In this document: one piece after another, positions 49,619 through 61,691 of the stretch
Position numbering within the stretch: position 1 is the stretch's first letter
Layout of the letters: each line of letters starts with the position of its first letter
Assembly (NCBI GenBank): GCA_973895155.1
Contig: OZ316891.1
Location: 24,489,899 to 24,553,898 of the forward strand
DNA: 64,000 nt
Reading direction: 5' to 3'
DNA from: Marsupella aquatica
Lineage: Eukaryota > Plantae > Marchantiophyta
The notes under the pieces: model-generated
What the model saw: only the letters and a program-made list of their open reading frames with translations
What the model was told of the DNA's origin: nothing
Databases searched by the model: none
Translations under genes and position numbers: made by a program

Positions 49619-52472
49619 TTACAATTTCCTAGCTGATCCACGACCTCTTCCTCGTCCTTTGACAGGTGGTTTAACCTTTTCAACTGACTTTAAGGCAACA
49701 TTACCACCCTTGTCATGAGCAGGATCCAATCCTAGACTGATAGCAGCACCCCTTAACTTCCCCTTAGCTTGAGAGGAGCTTGTGCCATTCTTCTCCTTGG
49801 CCTTTCGCTTTTTGCTACTCCCCTTACAAGACTCAGAGCCAGGCTCAGAGTCATTAGAGACATTCTCCACCTGAGTGACCAAACCAGGTTCTGGAGCAGC
49901 ACCCTTTTCGACCTTCACAATTGAGAGATTCACCTCGCCCTTGGACTCCGGGGCTGAAGTCTGCGTTTGAACTAGAGTAGGAACTGACTTGATGTCAACT
50001 TTTGAGACCCTCAACAACTCATGGTGTACATGTGCAGCTTTACCAATAGCCTCATGATATTCGATAGACTTCTTCACACTTTCCTGCAGCGCAAAACAAT
50101 ATCCCACATTTAGCAATTGACCAATATCCCCGCTAATACCAATGTACGACAAAGCCAGATCATACTATGCCAACAACTCGAGTGACCAGGTTTAGTGATA
50201 TACCTTTGAATATAACTTGGTCACTTTCTTGTGCTTCAAGGCTTGATTCTCCCTCCTTCCTTTAAATTCAAGGCATTCTTGCAATACAGATCACTAAGGC
50301 TCTTTTGAAAAGAGATAGATTGTTCTTCCAAACCCCAATCATCTGCTAGCTTCACTACATCTGGATGGTCCACTCGGGATGAGCCCCAGCACTTCAGCCA
50401 GGCTGGATGAAACACTTCAGCACAGGCTAAACACTTAGGAGGTTTACTGTCACCGTTTCGAAGCAACGGGAACAAACAACTTGGATGATAGCAATGTCCC
50501 CACGATGTGGGAATCCAATTGTTACAAAAGAAGCCAAGAGAGCAAACAGGGCATTTGCTTATGGGAAAATAAGCCTCCTCTGTCTGCGCAGGACAAATGA
50601 TACTAATAGGGCATACATAAATTGCATGAGAGGTATTCAAGTGCTCCTTTAGTCTTGCGCACTCTAGATTGAGAGCATCATAGGACTTTGTCAATTTGTA
50701 TGTTGTATGATCTAGCTTGTGCAAGATCTGTTTCCCATACTCCTGTTCCTCATCCAACTTATTCCACTCTTTCATAAGAACTTGAGCATCTGCAACTACA
50801 TCAATGCGCTTCTACTTTGAAGCAGCCAAGTTTGCTTGCAGTATATTTGTTTCATTGCAACACGAGACATATTTTTCTTGCAACCCTTTGCAAAGTGCCT
50901 GCACAAGTCCCAGCCAACACGACAGGATTGTTATAAGCAACTGAAAATCACATTCAACAAAGATAATATGAAAACAAATGTAGCTTTAAACAAAATGAGA
51001 TCATTTACCTCGTCTTCAGAATGCTCTTCGTCAGGATCTTGCAGCAGTTCAAGATCCTCAGATACTTGAGCTTGCTCTTTGACCTGAGCATGGATGCGGC
51101 GCTGTACGTCGTGGATGATATCAGTGAGTTCATTCTTTTGCACTTTCAACCTTGACAATGTCGTTTGAATTGAGTTGATTCGATCAGTAGCCTCATTCTG
51201 AGCTGCTGTGAATTGAATGGCATCTTGTGTAGACTTCTGCATTTCAGGGCCAAGCTCTGCAAGACTAGCCTCCACTACCTCCAACATTGTTTCAAGAAGT
51301 GTATTCTTCTGGTGTGGGACTGGCGTGCCAGTAGTGACTCCAGTGCAAAGTTTTTTGGTTTGAGCTTCTGGAAAACCTATGAAACTATTTTCTGGTGACA
51401 TTTCATTATTCAGACCACCTACCTGAGAAAGGGACTCACCTTGCTCTTGCTCATTTGCCTCTAGTCCTAACACCGTACCTGGAGATATTGTATCTTGCTG
51501 CAATTGGTTCATGTTTTGCGGGAAGTTTTGACTACTCGAATGAGGACCCGAGGCTTCGGGTGACTTGAGCTCTAGGTTTGCCGGTTTCTCCTCCCCAGGT
51601 GATTGACAATGTGCTCCACTCACAACGGACTGTATTCTATTGAAGAGGTCTAGAGGAGGGATATACTTTGTCTCAATCCTCTTCCACGGTGGTGAGTTTC
51701 TATCGATTGGAGACTTCCTTACAAACCTCAACCGAAGCTGCCCTCTATGCTTGTCTACACCACAAGCTGCCCAATTCACAGGTCTTTTTAAGATCCGCTC
51801 ATAGTACAAACCTTTGGCAACCTCCATAGTGTATGGTTGAAACTTTCTGATTCCGTCTAGCGCACAGGTAAGCATGGCGATGTCGTCCGCAGGAATCCCT
51901 TTAACGCCATCCTTCTTGTAGCCGTTCTTCCCAGACTTGCTCCCAAAATACTCCTCCAACACCTCAGCGGACACGTCTTCACTTGTGAGCTCCTTCGAAA
52001 TGCTTCCCACATTGGGCAAGCCAAGGACATTGTGGAAATGATCGATGTCCTTCACAAACTCATCAACTGTCCACTCTTCTGATGAGGGGACCTTTACAAG
52101 ACTCTCACCGTGTGATTTCGGTGGTAGCTTGTGACTCGTGGACTTTCCAGGCATTTCAGAAGACATACCTGCTGTGTAGCTTGAGTTCTCCCAGCTGCTC
52201 GCTCCAAGCGTTGGCAACAAACTATTTGGGCGCAAACCTACGCTATGCGACTCCGCCCGAGTCCCTTGAAAGCACGTTACTCCAGAGTCTGACTTGTCCC
52301 TTCCAGTGCCTTGCGCCTGAATTACAACACAAGAATGTGAGTTCAATGTCGTCTCATTTGAAAAGATTGAATGTGTGCCTAATGCGTGGCCTAGATCATA
52401 GAAGACATTCAATATTAAACAAGTGGGGAAGAAAACAATCAGAGCAACTTTCTGAGTGTCCTCAACTTTCAA
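49619..52472 (-). pseudogene. Three-exon cargo gene: PMD-like domain, coiled coil, RING finger, basic tail
   Basis: Exon to 51009 (GAG|GTAAAT), exon from 50898 (CAG|GCA), last exon from ~50084 (CAG|GAA). Motifs VLGLP..YFG..KNGY..VNWA and CPVC..GHCYHPSC..CLAC. One TAG and one frameshift. Confidence 0.65.
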
Positions 52473-53083
52473 AATTGTAGCTCAGGTCCTGTAACTCTTC
52501 AATCTCCACAACGCAAACAAGAATGCAAAAAGTTCCAGAGATTCAAATGCTTGCAGCCCTCGACCAAAAGCAACTTCCTGCACCAAAATGCAATGTCATT
52601 CCCTCCCGCGTTCCCTCCCCTGCTACCTAATCAAGGATCACAATGTTGTGGTCTTCTCCAACTGGCACATTGCGCAACATTCAAACTGGAGTACGCATTG
52701 TGAAAGTTGATTCAACGCGACAAAAAGGAAATAGAAAGGAAGTGCGCACTTTGCGCCCAGGTCTCCCTTGATTGCAGGCAATGCTACGGTTTGGATCATC
52801 CTTCTAGCAGGAAGGGTCAAGATTTAACAATGCTACTCCCTCAACCACCACCACTGATCTTCATTGCCACCACGGCACGGTCCGGATTTGCTGACCTTTC
52901 TAATTTTGAAATGATAGGAGGTTACGGTAGTAATGTCTTTTTGGCCCTTCCTCCCTCCAACGTGATTGTACTTGCAACAACCTCCTCCCTCATCATTACA
53001 TGACTTGTAGTACTAACTGTACTATGAGCTTTGTGGTAGGGGTGGTATTAGGAGGGGTATTATTTTGCTCAAATTAGACCCCC

Positions 53084-53366
53084 ACCTCTGTCCAATACTC
53101 TTTCAAGTACCGGGTTGCTCTTCTCCCGTCGAACTGCCCAAACTTTGCTAACAAGGCTTGTAAGCACTTGGTCATACGACTTGCTTCCTCCTTCTGGTTC
53201 TCAGGTGCCTCTCTTCGTGCTTTGGCCTCCATCAAACTCATAAACATCTCAGTCATCTCTTCCATAGTTCCTCCTACCATTGTGAACAACTTCTCCTTTG
53301 CTTCTATTTTCTATCAAGCTTCTTCTCTCATCAATATCCTTTTATCTTTGACACTAGCCTCAAGTT
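53084..53366 (-). pseudogene. gag: Gypsy gag, 5' fragment
   Basis: LQALLAKFGQFDGRRATRYLKEYWTE, continuous with the 41179 fragment. Confidence 0.75.
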
Positions 53367-53384
53367 TCCCGAGTATGGTCGCCA
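53367..53384 (-). promoter_or_regulatory. Putative PBS of the minus-strand Gypsy element
   Basis: TGGCGACCATACTCGGGA follows ...CCCAGACA (putative LTR end at 53388) and precedes gag. Confidence 0.5.
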
Positions 53385-54522
53385 ACATGTCTGGGGGGAA
53401 AATGTGGTTCTTGAGGAAGCACCGGGCCTATGACTGCTAGTGTTAAGAGAGAACTTAAATTAAGATCATGATTACTATTCTAGACTGGGTAGCAGACACC
53501 ACAATGAATGGTTCTGTGGATGAAAGCACAACATCATAATCCTTTTCTCCATACTTACGGACTATTGCCTCCTTGGCAACTACCTTGGGTCGAGTTACAA
53601 AACAAATATCTCCCAACGAGAAAGAAACGGGAGGTTCATCGGAGGGAGGTTTATTGAGATCCATCTCAATACAAGATAAAAATTGTGCAAGCCCAATCTT
53701 GCCCATAAACTACATAAAGGTATACAATCGGCTCTATTGAATTTAATATCGCAGTTGCAAATGCTTCTCCAAAGTGAAAAGTCATATGCTAACGCATGAT
53801 TCTTTTTGGAGTACATGAATTCTAATAAAGAAAGGATTAGGGAGAGGAAGAACAGGTACTGGTCTGGGCATTATCGTACTATCAAATATTCCATCCAACT
53901 AATATTCATTCTAATGATAAGATATAGAATCATTCAACAAAAAGATCATTCATTTCAAACAAATACTATGCATTGAGTTAACTCTAAGTATATACATGCA
54001 GATATTCATCTTAATAAGTTTATCTTCTTTTGAATGAAAACACTATTTGAAAGTCCAACGCGTATAAATTACCATTGACTGAGCTAAGCTCCAAGCCAGC
54101 GTGCATGCGTAGGTCTACTTCATAAGGGTTTCACCCAAAGGGAGCATATGATGTTAAGGTATTGTTGAGCACTTTGCATCTCTTTAGGATTTAATAACCA
54201 TTTCCTATCAAATGATAACACTTGAAGGTCCAACTCATACAAAATATCTCTGGCCGAGCCGAAGCTCTAAGCAAGCGTGTATGAATGGGTCTACTTCATA
54301 AAGGTTATATTCATAGAGGAGATCATCAAGTCCAATGGATTGTTAAGGCTTCACAACTCAGTTGATGAAAAATGGGGAGTGAGGGGAGAGAGCCCCTCTC
54401 CTCTTTATTTATAGTGCTCACACCTCAAGCACACGGATCAAGCATAGCACACGGATGGAAGCCATGTGTCACACATCCAAGGCAAGTAAGTATGCTAGTA
54501 CTGTAGTTACATGAGTGGAACA

Positions 54523-54830
54523 ACTGTAGATTGTACACTGTAGCATGCACACTGTAGATCGTACACTGTAGCATGCATACTGTAGATCGTAGACTGTAGC
54601 ATGCATACTGTAGACCATGTACTGTAGCATGCACACTATACATTGTACACTGTAGCATGCATACTGTAGACCATGTACTGTAGCATGCACTCTGTAGATC
54701 GTACACTGTAGCATGCACACTGTAGATTGTACACTATAGATTGTACACTGTAGCATGCACATTATAGATTGTACACTGTAGCATGCACACTGTAGGTCGT
54801 GCACTATAGCATGCACACTATAGACTGCAT
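54523..54830. repeat. ~28-bp tandem repeat
   Basis: TACACTGTAGCATGCACACTGTAGATCG-type units, ~11 copies. Confidence 0.9.
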
Positions 54831-54874
54831 ATAATGCAAGAATTCAAACTACTATCCTATACTACTAAGCTATA

Positions 54875-55932
54875 CTTAGGAGGAACTTACTAAAGAAAGA
54901 ATCCCCACGACACCGGTGATACCAAGGACGGGTTGACCCAATCAGGAGTGGGTAACCTGTCAGAGGACGGGACGCCCAAGAAGTATTGGGGGCGTCCATT
55001 GAGGGTCAGCCACCAGCATCATGACGGTGGAAGGGCGCCGTCCCTTTTAGGGAGGGTAGACGTGGAGGTAGGAGGCGTGAGTGGGCAGAGCGGGCGCAGA
55101 CCTCCAGATTTAGGATTAGGATCAGGACCAAGAAGTGGCCCTAACACTTAGTTTAGTGGGATTGCGGATCCATTGGTAAGAGCAACACTTGTGCTCTTGC
55201 CCCATTGTACATAGGTAGATTCCACTTTGAGGTAGATTTGGCTTACGCTGCAAGGAAGTAGGTAGGCACACTGCCGGGATAAATACCTGGGTAGCGGGGA
55301 ACCCATGGCCTTCTTCTTAAACAAGTTTTTAGTGCACCAAGAAGGCTGGGATCAATTAATAAAGAGAAGCTCTTGGTTAGTTATGCTATGACCCTTGTGT
55401 ACATTCATGTTTCCTTGTGCCTAAGAGCTGATTGAATAGAGTTGGCCTTCTGGCTTAGTTCGCAGACCTTGTGCATGAGAAGTACTCCTTGTATGGCAAT
55501 GGCATGGTATACCTTAGTCAGTAGGAGTCATCTTCCTAATTGTGTGTCGCATCAACTTGTGTGAAGATTGCCCACATCAACTATAGGATAGAAAGTAAGT
55601 TTAGAAGCAGGGAGAGTTGGATGTGGTGAGCTGAGAGAGATCTTAGCGGCTACCCAAGCCGATTGGGCATCATTCCGGGGGCGGAATCCAAACATACCTG
55701 AAGGAAGACTGATAGAAGAGACGGAGGTGAGGCCTAGAGTAGGTCGAGTACATATCTCATGACCCGATGAAGGATCTGTCCAGTATATGTGGTTAAAAAG
55801 TTAGTACAGTAGTGAGAGGAAAGTAGTGTCCCATGCCAATAAGCCGCAGAACCGGCCTTGGCAAGAGCAAAACCAATGGGAATTGGCTTGTTCAGGGAGG
55901 GTTCCTGGGTTTAGGGAGCCTGGGACGCAACA
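54875..55932 (+). mobile_element. 3' portion of the giant LTR, in 5'-LTR position
   Basis: Homologous to the reverse complement of 2570-~3750 (ORF end LTQSGVGNLSEDG). Ends GGGACGCAACA, followed by PBS-like TGGCGCTAGATGGAGGGGG at 55939. Confidence 0.85.
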
Positions 55933-56163
55933 TATTTTTGGCGCTAGATGGAGGGGGCATTTCTTAAGCCGTGAGATCTGGAGTTAGGAAAGAAGCATAG
56001 GTAATGACTGAACCTACACCAAGGGAGGACAGGGCAATTCAATGGGAGAGAGCTTTTTTGCCGCAGATCGTTGGGTGGCAGGAAACACAGCAACTGAGAG
56101 GGGCAGATCAAGCTAGTAGCTCCGTAATAGAGAGAGTTTGTTGAGGAGGAGGAATTAGACGAA

Positions 56164-56383
56164 CAGCTTTTGATTACTTTGCCGCTAAAGATGTTGTAAT
56201 TTACAATAATACCACTATTTTCTCTGTATTTTAAAAAATGCCACTCTTTCGTATATGGAGAACAAGTTTACCAAGGTAACTAGGGAAACTATATACAAAA
56301 ACTGTGGCATTTTTGTAAATACGATAAAAATAGTGGAAGTATTATAAACTCAAACATCTTTAGTGGCAATGTACTTAAAAGTT
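56164..56383. mobile_element. MITE-like fold-back (~220 bp)
   Basis: CTTTGCCGCTAAAGATGTT...CCACTATTTTT is inverted with AAAAATAGTGG...AACATCTTTAGTGGCAATG, with inner arms AAAAATGCCAC / GTGGCATTTTT. Confidence 0.55.
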
Positions 56384-57767
56384 GATTAGACAAAGGGTCG
56401 GTTACCTGGAATCCGCTCAATTCAAGCTCTAGCTCAATTCCTGGGTTCCTGGGTTTAGGGAGCCATGGGACGCACCACAACTACGAATAGCGGTTTCGGG
56501 CCCAGGTTAGTTGCTCGCATTATTGGATCCGGATCGGAGGTGGATAGTATGAAGGCTTAGAAGTCCTTAAGCCGGGGTCGATCCAGCTATTGACTTGAGG
56601 TACATTCCGGCGATGGAACACAAACAATACCTATGATACGGGTAACAATAGAATTTGGCACATTTAGTGTCAAGTTAGTGGAATGCGGTACCGTACGCAC
56701 GTCCCTCCTTGCCAGAACCTAAGTACTAACAGAGTTTATGGCCGCCTAAGCCAAAATCCGATTAAGGATGAAGCTTTTGGCATGACATATGTTGTAGTTT
56801 TCTCCCAAATTTGTTCCCCTGATACGTACTTAAGCCCTTACGCTTCAATTTACGCTCAATATATCATCGGGGTGTGAACATCTACTTGGACAGTTGCTGC
56901 TATGCCAGGATTCTGTTCATTCGATTCTTCTCACTAATTCTTGTTCCATTTTGCTCTTGTTTGTCAATAATTCTTGGGCTCTCTTATGGGCGATTCCTCT
57001 CTTGCATTTTATGGGCCATCCGGGGATTTACACTTCCTGCCTTCATCTCTGGACTGTGCTGCTCGGTTTGCAAAATTGTATTAAGGCCCGGTTTTGAGGT
57101 CCTTAATCCTTCTTTCCGTAGGCATCTATAATCATTGGCTTTATTCCAGTATTTGGATCCATCTTTAATTGCGTTCTTTAGACCGTCTTTCCCACAATCG
57201 TCGACCAAATTCCATTCATCTGCAAGGAGTGGTGATTCTTCTAGTTGATAAGGAAATCTTCCTATCCCACAATTTTGCTTCTCTTGCTTATTTGGATCTG
57301 GTCTTGGGCAAGGTTGTGGTTATCGGCTTCTTCAATGGCATACAATTACTTTGACATCCTGCTGTCTTTTGCTATGTACTTCCTGGTGGTTTTAATCCAT
57401 CCTCTTTTCCTTTCTGCTTCCATTCTTGATTCCTACCTTCTCTCTTGTTTAGCTCTTATTTTGGCTGTGAGGGGTCGATGCAACCTATCGATTGCAAATT
57501 GCAAATTGCTCTTTCAAGGTGGTCTTTCAAATCTTGGTAATCTTTCAAATGCCCTGAAAGCTTCATTGCCCAAAGCCAAGAGACTCCATTGCATGTCCTT
57601 CTCTATTGGCTTACAATAAAATCTCTCCTTCCATCTCTTCTACTCTAGATTATGCTGCATAGTATTCAAATTCCTCTATGCTGTTGCATTTCTTCATAGG
57701 GCAATTGATTTTGTTTCAATGCTTTTAATTAATTTGCTATAGCATGCTCAATCTTGGAGAGTCTGTA

Positions 57768-57942
57768 CGTGATGATAACATGTTACAAGGTAGGTAACCT
57801 TGTGATGGAATGACACACCAATACACAAGCAAGAATGATCATGTCCATTAGAGGTCCAAAAGGTATATACATATGGTGGGTAGTTATAGTAACTACCTCT
57901 TCCCTAAAGTTTAGATGTTAACCTAAACTATTGGTTATAACA
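57768..57942 (-). mobile_element. Possible degenerate Bianca-like LTR (57781-57942) with PBS remnant
   Basis: CGTGATGATAACA|TGTTAC...TTATAACA mirrors the PBS/LTR junction at 35287-35301, and the length is similar (162 bp). Confidence 0.4.
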
Positions 57943-58939
57943 CTTGAAAGATTTGCCTTTGGGTTGCTGGCTATGGATACAAAGACAAATAATCATAAAC
58001 AGATTTGCAAGCATGTTGAGTAGAACTATTATTTGTACCTTAAAAATTCAAAATTGAATCCTGAATTGTACCCGGATGGAGCTCCATGTTTGCCAAAAAA
58101 AACTTGGATAGATTTTTGCATCCTGGATGGGCTGCAGCGGAAGCCTCTCTTTGCTTGTATAGTGTAGATTACGGAGATAAGTGAAATGTGGCAAGAAAAT
58201 GAGAGTCCATCTCCACCCTTAATTTACCAGAAAGCTTTATTGTAATGGGTCTTAGGGGTTAGGACACTATTGAGGCTTATGTGTTGTGAAATGGAGTTTC
58301 TCATGGCAACCATGATGGGGATGAAACTTCCTGGTGGGGTGAAGATTTTGCACATAATTTACTTGGTGGGTCCCCACATGACTGGACCAATAGCTCTATC
58401 TTTGTCTTGTTTGAGTTATAAATTGTATGTTTCGGACAATTTTAGGATAATTGACAATTTGGTGAGTAGAAGAACTCAACCTCAGCCAACCACTCACCCC
58501 ACCCTCACTAGAGTTTGAAGCCTATGCTATTGCTAATCAATTGCTATGCAAAGAGAGCATGCACATGTGCAGTATCCAACAAGCACAAGAGATTTGGTTC
58601 ACCTCACCTTGCGCATCACCAAAGGTAATCTCGACAGAAACACACAAGTGACCTAAACTGAACTCTAGGCCATTTGCATGTCGAGCCTCTATAGACTAGG
58701 CTCTCTATACCTCTTTAGCTAGCTCTGTAACAATTAGCCTAGGTTCCACTCACAAGCTAAGTCCAGTTAGTGAATAATCATACCCCAAAATATACTAGTG
58801 GCACGTCTAACCTTAATCAAGTAGCTGACAATGGTTGGACAAACTACCATTGTATAGTAATTCTAGACCCACGATTAAATGTCTAATTCAACTCCTTCTT
58901 AGCAGCCCATACAAAAATAGAGTTCATCTCACTCTAGTC

Positions 58940-60005
58940 AGGCCCGGGGTACTCACTTCTTTTCTTTTGACCCATCGCGCGCAAAGAAGTTAGGGTTTTT
59001 TAATTCAATTGCACGAAAGACTTAAAAAAAATTGTGGAAGAAATATAAGGGTGTTTTAATCCAATTTTGAGAGTTATAATAATTTTTAATAACAAATATG
59101 AGAATATTTCTACAATATTCCAAAAAGTTAGGGGTCAAATAATACTAAAAATCTACTTTATTTTCTTAAGTTTTATGGTGTTAATTACTTGAAAACTTTG
59201 CGAGTGATATAGGACCTCCCTTGGAGTGAGGCCCCCAATAGTCAAGCAGGACCTATCAAGTAGATCTACAAAAACATTACCTTAATTTCCAGAGAATTTT
59301 TTTCCATTTTGGGACCCACCAATTAAATTTATTAATTACATTTTACAAAGCCTCTTCCCAATAGGTTGAAACTGAAGCCAAGATGGACCACCATGTTGGA
59401 CACAATGCTCCAGTGTACCACATTTTGGTGGTCCATGGGAGTTTGGGGCCCACAACTTGATGATTATGAGTTGTGAATTAACTTCTAGTTTTGCACCTGC
59501 AAGGCAACTAGAGAAGGAGGGGACATGAAAAAACAGCAGCCCAACATAGTACATATTGACTCAATGAAAATTAATCTAGTGAAATGTCTCCATCTGGGTT
59601 TTATAATGAAAAATAGAATCAAATTGGCCAAAAATTCACTATCACTTTGATGGAAGCTTAAGTTACCTACTCCTCTAGTATATTTCCAAAATTTTAAAAA
59701 TATTCAAATTTATGCTCGGGTCCCCACTTCTTTTCTCTCGACCCCTCGGGCGCGAAGAAGTTAAGGGTTTTTTAATTCAATTTGGTGGAAGACATTAAAA
59801 CTCTTGTTGAAGAAAAATAGACATGTTTTATTTCAATTTTGAGAATTATAAGAAATATAGGGGTTTTTTTCAAATTGGGAATATTCTAAGAATATTCTTT
59901 AAAATTAGGGGTTACAAAATAGTTTTAAAAAAATCTTAAATTTTACTGTGTTTATTACTTTGTGCATGATATCATGATATGGGACCTCCCTTGGAATGAG
60001 GCCCC
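58940..60005. repeat. Diverged direct duplication (~290 bp; ~58940-59235 and ~59715-60005)
   Basis: Both copies run from CACTTCTTTTCT..GACCC..GAAGTTA.GG to GGACCTCCCTTGGA.TGAGGCCCC. Confidence 0.75.
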
Positions 60006-60729
60006 CGAGAATTTATGATCATGAAGTCATTACAATTAAACTCAAGTTTGAGTAGATGTGATACATGGGGATTTCAAAGACCAACCTTGTGGTCCACGTG
60101 AGCTGCAACTTCCATTCCATCCGGTCATTTTTTAATGGAATTCACACCAGAATCTTACCTTGTAACTGCTCAAGCAAAAAGTACAATGGAGAATTTTGAG
60201 TCTTGTCAAATTCTAATTGAAATTCATAATTGCAACAGGATCATCTAACAGTTCTTCTTAGAGATATATGCTTGATGGGTCCCCTGGTGAAACTTGTTTA
60301 CTTGATGGGCCCCCATGAAACGTTTTTTTACCAAGTGGGACCCCTCTTAATGACCCGTACACCTGTTCTTGTGTGGTGCCTACTATATACAGTTAACCAC
60401 ACCCATTGCCTTGTAGTGCACTATGCTCCCAAGCCCAGTCCACCACGCTTGTCGTCGCAATCTATAGCGCCTAATCCACCACGTGGGTTGTCATAGTCTA
60501 TCGCTGTCCATCAAAATGGCCAACAATGCCATTACCACAGGATTCAACAGGTTAATGCCTGAAGACACAATGGATTAGTCTTCCCATGTTTCAAGGTTTA
60601 GGGTTTAAAGTGTACCCCGACACCTTCGGGTCTGTCTTCTTTTGGAATTGTTGGTATGCATTGCGCAGGGGAGTATTGCCATTTTTTGAGCGCATTTGTC
60701 AATCATTTGTTGATTTTAGGCCTCCACAA

Positions 60730-61691
60730 GACATCCGCTGCACCCTATTCTACCTCTGGCACCATTTGAGAAGTGGGGTATTGATTACATTGGACCCCTG
60801 AAACCATTGACCCATCCTTGAAGGAACAAGTACATAATCCTGGCCACGGATTATGCAACTAAGTGGGTGGAGGCCAGGCCGACAACAAAGGATGATGCAA
60901 TTACTACGGCTTGATTCATGTATGAGCAGATCTTCACCAGGCATGGCACACCCCTAGAATTAGTTAGCGATAGAGGAACCCATTTTCTGAATGATATAAT
61001 CAGTCGTTTAAATGAGCAGTATTTAGTTAGATATACGCCTACTACTCCTTACCACCCAAAGGCAAATGGGTTGAGAGAACGTGCCAATGGAATTATAGGA
61101 AAAATATTAAACAAGACTGTAGCCCAAAACAAACTCGATTGGGATGATAAATTGTTTGCTGCTGTTTTTGCTTACAATTTAGCCTATAAATCCACTATCG
61201 GTCATACACCTTTTTTCTTAACCTTTGGACAGGAATCTCTGGTACCTATGCAACTTGAGATTCCTACATTTCAAGTTACAATTGAGGAGAGAGCCTTAGA
61301 GGAGGGACGCCTAAAGGAGCAAGAATATAGATTAGTGGCCTTAGAAGAGGCAAGGATGATTTCAGCCGAGAGAGTAGAATATAGACAGAATACCATGAAG
61401 CAACAGTATGATAAAAAGTTGAAACCAGTTAGTATTCACATAGGAGATCTTGTATTACTTTATGACAGTAGGTATAGTAGGTTTCCAAGTAAACTTTACA
61501 CTCGCTGGTTAGGACCCTTCAGGGTAACCATGAAGTTCCCCAATGGCTCCGTACAATTGGCCAACATTACTGGAGAGGTGTACTACCCAGTTTGCATTCA
61601 CTACGACCGTCTTAAGAAATACTATATGGACGAAGATGAAGTTGTTCGCGAGGACGCTTCACAATTAAGTGGGGAGCTATGTGATGCCTAG
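60730..61691 (+). pseudogene. pol: Gypsy (non-chromovirus, Athila/Tat-like) integrase
   Basis: PFEKWGIDYIGP, TDYATKWVEA, VSDRGTHF, TPYHPKANG.RERAN, WLGPFRV..RLKKY. Two upstream stops, no chromodomain, followed by PPT AAGTGGGGAG. Confidence 0.92.

Larger units (their letters stand above)
41180..53083. mobile_element. Sola2-like DNA transposon (~11.9 kb) with cargo genes
   Basis: Gag rejoins (YLKEYWTE|VAIHK) when the element is removed. 4-bp TSD ACCT (41176-41179 / 53084-53087). Imperfect TIR GGGGGTATTATTTGA (41198) vs GGGGGTCTAATTTGA (reverse complement ending 53083). Contains a DFAENY-type transposase. Confidence 0.8.

Noticed and set aside
53455-53816. Possible genes in ORFs 53455-53706 and 53595-53816
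   Set aside because: Short, no recognisable motif, in or next to a putative LTR region.
46259-54816. ORFs 46259-46462, 49022-49222, 54425-54718 and 54469-54816
   Set aside because: Translations of tandem or low-complexity repeats.
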